From: Leucoraja erinacea
Taxonomy: Eukaryota
Assembly (NCBI RefSeq): GCF_028641065.1
Contig: NC_073390.1
Coordinates: 54,892,913-54,934,000 of the forward strand
Length of the DNA: 41,088 nt
Direction: 5' to 3'
Below are positions 34,821 through 41,088 of the stretch, in pieces. The notes beneath the pieces were generated by a model. The model saw only the letters and a list, made by a program, of their open reading frames with translations, was not told the origin of the DNA and did no database searches. Both the position numbers and the translations under genes were made by a program. The first letter of the stretch is position 1; every line of letters starts with the position of its first letter.

Positions 34821-36240
34821 CACAGTTCTCCATTCTGTTTTGCACGCTGTGCTCATTTTCAGTGAAAGAAAGAATGCATTGAAACATGGAATAACAGGAA
34901 ATTGTAGATATTCCACAATTTGCCATCTGAATTTTTGTGTCCCTGATGTGTGAACACACAGAAGAACGGAGGCATGTGCAGCGATATTCAGCGCAGGTAT
35001 CACATGCCTGGGTATGCAGGTATCTTGGCATTATAACCTTACCACCTGCATGAAGCATGGACATTGAATTTGCATAGGTCGCCCATGCAGAAACAGGTCA
35101 TCACAATAGTTCTGAGTCATTTATTACCAGAACATGGCAATCTGTGGAGTTCAGTCTTCTAAACCAATCGTGGGTAGATCAAAGTTTAGAGACACAGCCT
35201 GGTAACAGGCCCTTCAGCCCATCGAGTCCATGCCGACCATCAATCACCCGTATATTAGTTCTATATGAAATAATATGTTTCCATTCTTCTGATGTGAAGG
35301 TCCTATATGGTGTAAAGCCTGAAGTTGCCACTTTATTGCATTTTTTTAAACTGTTTTCTGTGATACTGTTAGCCATCTACGCTTTGGGAATGTAGACTAT
35401 ATCAAGAGTAAATTTAAAAGGCAGAAACATACTATTTCGAAGCACTATGTGTTCTCTGAACTTAGTTGTGTTAACACTGAGTTTTCTTTTAAGTTGGTAG
35501 GGTCAGCACTGTGCATTCCCATCTCCATTTAATATGAACTAAGGTTATATTCTTAGAATTATATTCTTATAATCATATTCTGTAAGAAGGATGTATATTC
35601 CTCTTGGAATTTCATGTTCTTAACAAATTTACGTTTCAAACCCTGAATACACTGTTCAGCCATATAGTGATTATTTGGTAAATTAACACTTTCCTTCCTG
35701 AAAGATCTGAAAAATCTGCCGCTACATTAAGTCGAAGGATACCTCCGACGGGGGTAAATACCAGTCCCTGAGATAGGGACAGAACTTCGAAGTGAGAAGG
35801 CTAAGACCTCGGAGAGGCGCAGCCAAAGAAGATTATATAAAGCTAATATTATATTCTTGATAGGTATACTTTAATTTGACACATATTGATAAATATAACC
35901 TTCATTTGATGCCATGGAGCCTCTCCTAATATTGGCAGCCCAAGGATCTTGGTCTAATCACTGAAAGAGTGTCATAATATCAAATAAGCAATGTGGACTC
36001 TGTCTGAACCATGTAACAATATAACAATGAAGGAGGGTCCCGACCCAAGATGTCTTCTGTCCATTGCTCCACAGATGCAACCTGGTCCACTGAGTTCTTC
36101 CTGCACCTTGTTTGCTACTCAGGGTTCCAGCAACTGCAGACTCTTGTATCTTCAATAGGGTATTAACTTTTTCAGTTCCAATATGAATTGAAAATCGGGT
36201 CAAAATCAAAATGACATCCCCACTCATTACCGGCTTACCG

Positions 36241-37097
36241 GTAGGCGGCGCGGCTCTGGCCAGCAGCGGCCTCTGCAGTCTGTCCGCGTTTTTATTATTT
36301 TCTGTCTGTGTTTTAATGTAGTTTTTGTTATTTTTTTGTTGGGGTGTGTGTGTGTGGGGGGGTGGGGGGGGGTGGGGGAGGGGGGGGGGAAACTTTTTAA
36401 ATCTCTCCCTGCACTGGAGACCCGACCTTTTTCTCGTCGGTTTCCGTTGTCGTTGAGGCCGCAACGAGGAGCGGCCTCCAACAGGAGGAAGCCGGGGACT
36501 CAGGTGCTACTCACCGTCACCGTCGCGGGGCTGGCCGAGTCCGGAGCGGTTGGAGCGGTGGAGGAGCGCTGCTGCTGCTGCTGCTGCTGCTGAGTCGGAG
36601 GCTGCTACTGCGGGTCTGCAGACAGCGGCGCCGGGAGCCCGCGGATCCCTGGAGAGAGACCGCTTTTCGGGGCTCCTGCAACGGCGAATTCTCCCGCCCG
36701 AGTTGCGGGGTCGAAGAGCTCCTGGAGCGGGGCCTAACACCATTGCCCCGCGCGGCTGGAACGGCTGCGGGACTTTACGAGCGCACACCGGGGGCTCCAA
36801 CATCAAGACCCGGTGTGCGACCTCGCACCACCCGGCGTGGCTTTAATGGCCGCGGGACAATCGCCATCGCTAGCCGGGGGCTTTGACTTTGACTCTGACA
36901 TCGGGGGGGGGAGAGTGCAGTGGAGAGATAAGTTTTTTTTGGCCTTCCATCACAGCTATGTGATGGATGTTTATGTAAAATGTAATTATGTTGTGTCTGG
37001 GTCTATTTGTGTGTAATGTATGGCTGCAGAAATGGCATTTCGTTTGGACCTCCAGGGGTCCAAATGACAATTAAATTGACTCTTGACTCTTGACTCC
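36241..37097 (+). mobile_element. Non-autonomous GC-rich non-LTR retroelement with 3' stem-loop and (ttgactc)n tail
   Basis: Architecture shared with 17082-17900; contains (GCT)8 at ~36568-36591. Confidence 0.65.
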
Positions 37098-37221
37098 TCA
37101 CAGACCTAGAGTTATGGTGTGTAAACAGATCCCTCGACCCAAATTGCCCATGCCGACCAACATGCCCCATCTAAACTTGTCCTACCTGCCTGCATTTAGC
37201 CCATATCCCTCTAGGTCTATA

Positions 37222-37677
37222 GGGTGATTTCACGAAAGGTCACTGGAGCGTAGATCCGCACCCACGTGGCCGAAAATCTCAAGTGGAGTACATGCTAGGA
37301 TGTCAATAATGCCTTACTTTTGATGAAATTCAGCGAGCAAACGCGATAATTCCCGATATTTTGGACCTTTAAATCTCCACGGCAAATGTCCGCTGTTCAC
37401 TTCCGCTGGATTGGCACCTTCAGCTCCCTCTTGAATTTACCTTAGTTTCTATCTTTTTTTTGGACTGTAAATCTAGGTAGCTGTGCCTCACGGTCACCCC
37501 GACTGGCACAATAAATTGCAGATCAAAACCTGGCCGTTTTCTATGTTTTTAACGGGTGGGAAAGTGCGTGTTTTCCCATCCACTAACATGTACCGGATGT
37601 CTAGCATGTCCTCCACTTGAGATTTTCGGTCACGTGGGTGCGGATCTACGCTCCAGTGACCTTTCGTGAAATCACCC
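37222..37677. mobile_element. MITE with 77-bp TIRs inserted in a CR1 tail
   Basis: 37222-37298 vs 37601-37677 are inverted with 2 mismatches; flanked by TATA on both sides; the host CR1 tail resumes after the element. Confidence 0.9.
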
Positions 37678-37799
37678 TATACTATCAATGTACCTGTCCA
37701 AATGTCTCAACATTGTGGCAGTACCTGGTATGAACTTGGAAAACATCCCACATTGTTAAGTTGCTGCTAAGCCAATAAATAGTTAAATGTAAAGGTATG

Positions 37800-38100
37800 C
37801 ACAGAATCTCTAGCCCAGAGTAGGTGAATCGAGAACCAAAGAGCATAGATCTAAGGGTGAGGGGTGTGAGGTTTTATCGGAATCTGAGGGGTAACTTTTT
37901 CACACAAATAGTGGTGGGTGTATGGAACAAGCTGCCAGAAGAGGTAGTTGAGGCTGGGACTATCGCTACGTTTCATAAGCAATTAGACAGGTAGATATGT
38001 TAGGACACGTTATGGGCCGAACCCAGGCAGGTGAGACTAGTGTAGATGGGACATGTTGGGCGGTGTGGGCAGGTTGGTCTCCACACTGTATGACTCTTAT
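37800..38100 (+). mobile_element. CR1 LINE 3' fragment
   Basis: ggtgaatcgagaacc...ttttttcacaca...tggaacaagctgccagaagaggtagttgaggc; related to 1503-2143. Confidence 0.8.
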
Positions 38101-38416
38101 GAACAAAACATTTGTTGCTTCGCTTGCCGCATTAGATGCGTTCACAGAGCCCATTGAATTCTATGCCCCATTGTGGCTCTGCCTTTAACTCTGAATCAAC
38201 CCGTTAAACTGAAGCGGACGCTCTTAAGTTTGAAACGTAATCAAAATAAAAGTGAGTGCCGTATGCTGACAAAGATGTTGGCAGTCTGAAATACAATACA
38301 ACACGCTGTAAACGCGGAGTCTGTTGCTGGGTCGGTGGTGTTTCTGGGCAAGGAGGTGTCTGTGTTGTGTTGTGAAGCTGGAGCTGTCGTTGCTGTGACC
38401 AGGGAATCAACAGCAC

Positions 38417-38428
38417 AGTTTCAGTTTC
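38417..38428 (+). promoter_or_regulatory. ISRE upstream of the putative fourth gene
   Basis: AGTTTCAGTTTC matches AGTTTCNNTTTC, 79 bp before ATG 38507. Confidence 0.65.
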
Positions 38429-38506
38429 GTTTGTGTGGAAACTGTGAGGAGCAGCGAGCGGCCCGGCCTGGCCTGTGTGGCATCGAGTTCCCGTGGGTGC
38501 TGCACC

Positions 38507-38713
38507 ATGTCCTACAGCGACTACGCTTGGATTCGGTCGGAGAGAAGGATCGCTAACCAGTCCAGATCTACAGCCCACGACAGGACCCTGTACTACGACA
38601 GAAGGATTTGGGACACAATCGGCAGCAGCAGCCGAACCCCCTACTCTCGGATCCCGGACAACATCCTTCAACTTCGTCAGGCGAGATCCCACTGGGAAAC
38701 GTATCCAACCGGG
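38507..38713 (+). CDS. Putative first coding exon of an unidentified gene (69 codons)
   Basis: Good Kozak context gcaccATG; CpG-rich non-repeat open frame MSYSDYAWIRSERRIANQ...HWETYPTG; phase-0 GG|GTAATG donor; upstream ISRE. No recognisable domain and no exon 2 identified in the window. Confidence 0.5.
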
Positions 38714-39404
38714 GTAATGGCAAAGTATAACAACCTCCTTCATGCGTGTTTCTGCTCCAGCCTGCCCCAACACTATCTGAAAGGCGCAGCGGGAATGAGA
38801 CTTGCTTTCTCACGAATCTGAAATGTGTAAAAACAAAGAACCACAGATGCTGGTGTGTACCAAAGGTGGACATAATGTCTGGAGAAGGATCGCGACCCTG
38901 AACGTAACCGATTCCTTTTCTCCAGAGATACTGCCTGATCCGCTGAGTGACTCCAGCTTTTTGTGTCTATCTTCGGTTTAAACCAACATAAATCAGCGGG
39001 TCGGGCACAATGAGCCTATCAGGGAACCACCCCCTGCCTTGAGGTAATCTGTAGCCCCCCTGATTTGTCCCGGCCCCTCCTCCTCCCCTCTCCCCTCCCC
39101 CTCCCCCCTTCCAGTCTGAATAAGGGGCCAAAACATCACCCATCCTTTTTCTCCGGAGATGCTGCCTGTCCCATTGTTATTTCAGGGCTCTGTGTGTTAT
39201 TTCAAAGGTTTAATCCCATTTCTCTATCACTCTGCGACATGGTGCAGATTATTATTTTAGTTTGGTTACAGCATGGAAACAGGTCCTTCGGCCCACCCAT
39301 TCACCGTAATTCTGCTATCCCACTTCCGCATCCACTGGGGGCAGTTTTACAGGCAAACCCGCACGTCATTGGGACGTTAGGAACAAAGATCTTAGTAAGA
39401 TCAT

Positions 39405-39720
39405 GGTCCAGGACAAGGGGCAAACACAGCTTAAGGATAAGGGGGAAATCCTTTAAAACCGAGATGAGAAGAACTTTTTTCACACAGAGAGTGGTGAATC
39501 TCTGGAACTCTCTGCCACAGAGGGTAGTTGAGGCCAGTTCATTGGCTATATTTAAGAGGGAGTTAGATGTGGCCCTTGTGGCTAAAGGGATCAGAGGGTA
39601 TGGAGAGAAGGCAGGTACGGGATACTGAGTTGGATGATCAGCCATGATCATATTGAATGGCGGTGCAGGATCGAAGGGCCGAATGGCCTACTCCTGCACC
39701 TATTTTCTATGTTTCTATGT
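39405..39720 (+). mobile_element. Young CR1 3' fragment inserted into an antisense V-SINE (~39270-39375 and ~39718-39820)
   Basis: SRTRG...FFTQRVVNLWNSLP...GYGEKAGTGY; SINE halves lie on either side. Confidence 0.88.
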
Positions 39721-40254
39721 CACAGGGAGTACGTGCAAACCACGCAGATTGCACCCAAAGTCAGGATCGAACCCGGGTCTCCATCGCTGTGAGGCAGCAG
39801 CTCTTACCAGCTGTGCCACTGTATTCATTTGTTTAAAAATTGCAGAATTACTGCATATACTAGAAATTGTTTAAAATGTTTATATAATTAATGTGAATGG
39901 CAAAAACATTTCGATGTACTTCACTTTTTAGAGCTATATCCAATTTAAGTAAGACATGATTGTTTTTGTTAGAAGAAAGCTGTTGTGCAAAACACAAAAT
40001 GTCCACATTAAGCCAGTACATTAAGCCAGTGCATTTAGTGTTACAGTTGTGCAGTTTCTGTGCATTCAAATTTCATGGATTTATTTATCACAGCTGTGCT
40101 TCAAGATCTAGAACTCCTTCCCTTATCTTCATTACTACTTTCCTCAATTATTTTAAGACACCAGTGAACATCCCGAATAAAACCTGAAAAGTATGACTTT
40201 AAATACATAGCAGATGAGGCAACATGTTCGTAGAGTTGTACCAAGGTAATGTTT

Positions 40255-40627
40255 CAAGCGAATTGTGGCTGCAGCCCGGACCATCACACAGACCAACCTC
40301 CCCCCAATTGACTCAATTTATATCTCACGCTGTCTCAGCAAGGCCAGCTGCATAATCAAGGATGTCTCCCCCCATGGCCACTCCCTCTTATCCCCTCTCC
40401 CATCAAGCAAAAGGCATGGAAGTGTGAAAACACAAACTACCAGATTCAGCTGTAATCAGGCAACTGAATCACCCAGCCACAGCCAGAGAGCAGTGCTAAA
40501 CCACTCCCTGCCTATTTGGTGACCCTCAGACTATCCTTGATCTGACGTTGCAGGCTTAACTTACACTAAACATTATTCCCTCATCATGTATCTATACACT
40601 GTAAATGGCTCGATTGTAATCATGTAT
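40255..40627 (+). mobile_element. Rex1/Babar-type LINE 3' fragment
   Basis: AARTITQTNLPPIDSIYISRCLSKASCIIKD...HSLLSPLPSSKR resembles the Rex1 RT C-terminus. Confidence 0.75.
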
Positions 40628-41088
40628 TGCCTTTTAAGAAAGGCAGGAGAGATTATAGACTAGTTAGCCTGACATCGGTGGAAGGGAAGATGCTGGAGTC
40701 AATTCTAAAAGATGAAATAGCGGCAATTTTGGATAGCAGTAGCAGGATCGGTCCGAGTCAGCATGGATTTACGAAGGGGAAATCATGTTTGACTAATCTT
40801 CTGGAATTTTTTGTAACAAGGAAAATGGACAAGGGAGAGCCAGTGGATGTAGTGTACCTGGGCTTTCAGAAAGCATTTGATAAGGTTCCACATAGGAGAT
40901 TAGTGGGCAGAATTAGAGCACATGGTATTGGGGGTAGAGTGCTGACATGGATAGAAAATTGGTTGGCAGACGGGAAACAGAGAGTAGGGATTAACCGCTC
41001 CCTTTCAGAATGACAGGCAGTGACTAGTGGGATACCGCAAGGCTCGGTGCTGGGACCACAGCTATTTACAATATACATTAATGATGTA
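40628..41088 (+). mobile_element. CR1 LINE reverse transcriptase fragment (runs off the window)
   Basis: YRLVSLTS...QHGFTKGKSCLTNLLEFF...VDVVYLGFQKAFDKVPH...[10 protein letters not shown]. Confidence 0.93.

Noticed and set aside
38204-38773. 189-aa minus-strand ORF
   Set aside because: Antisense shadow of the better-supported plus-strand exon; non-ATG start and no domain.

Overview
Vertebrate genomic DNA, most likely a cartilaginous fish (skate/ray): it is dense in HER1-like CR1 LINEs, HE1-like V-SINEs and Penelope-like fragments. Spliced genes that the ORF track shows only in pieces form a small cluster of ubiquitin-pathway genes. (1) Two convergent paralogous 4-exon genes encode minimal RBR-type E3 ligases. 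RBR-A is on + at 499-4028, has a frameshift in a C6 run and ends in a CaaX motif. RBR-B is on - at 13036-22242, intact, 266 aa. In both, RING1 has lost one zinc site. (2) A 2-exon single-domain ubiquitin-like gene (- strand, 28029-31580, 93 aa) ends LRLPGG-GKCC. (3) A probable first exon of an unrecognised gene lies at 38507-38713 on +. Three of the four starts have an ISRE 77-167 bp upstream, with an identical 16-mer at RBR-A and the UBL; the fourth has a perfect NF-kB site. This suggests an infection-inducible UBL/RBR conjugation module (inference). Also present: a structurally complete but coding-decayed DIRS1 retrotransposon, two MITEs and nested non-LTR insertions. Exon boundaries were read by eye; repeat boundaries are approximate.
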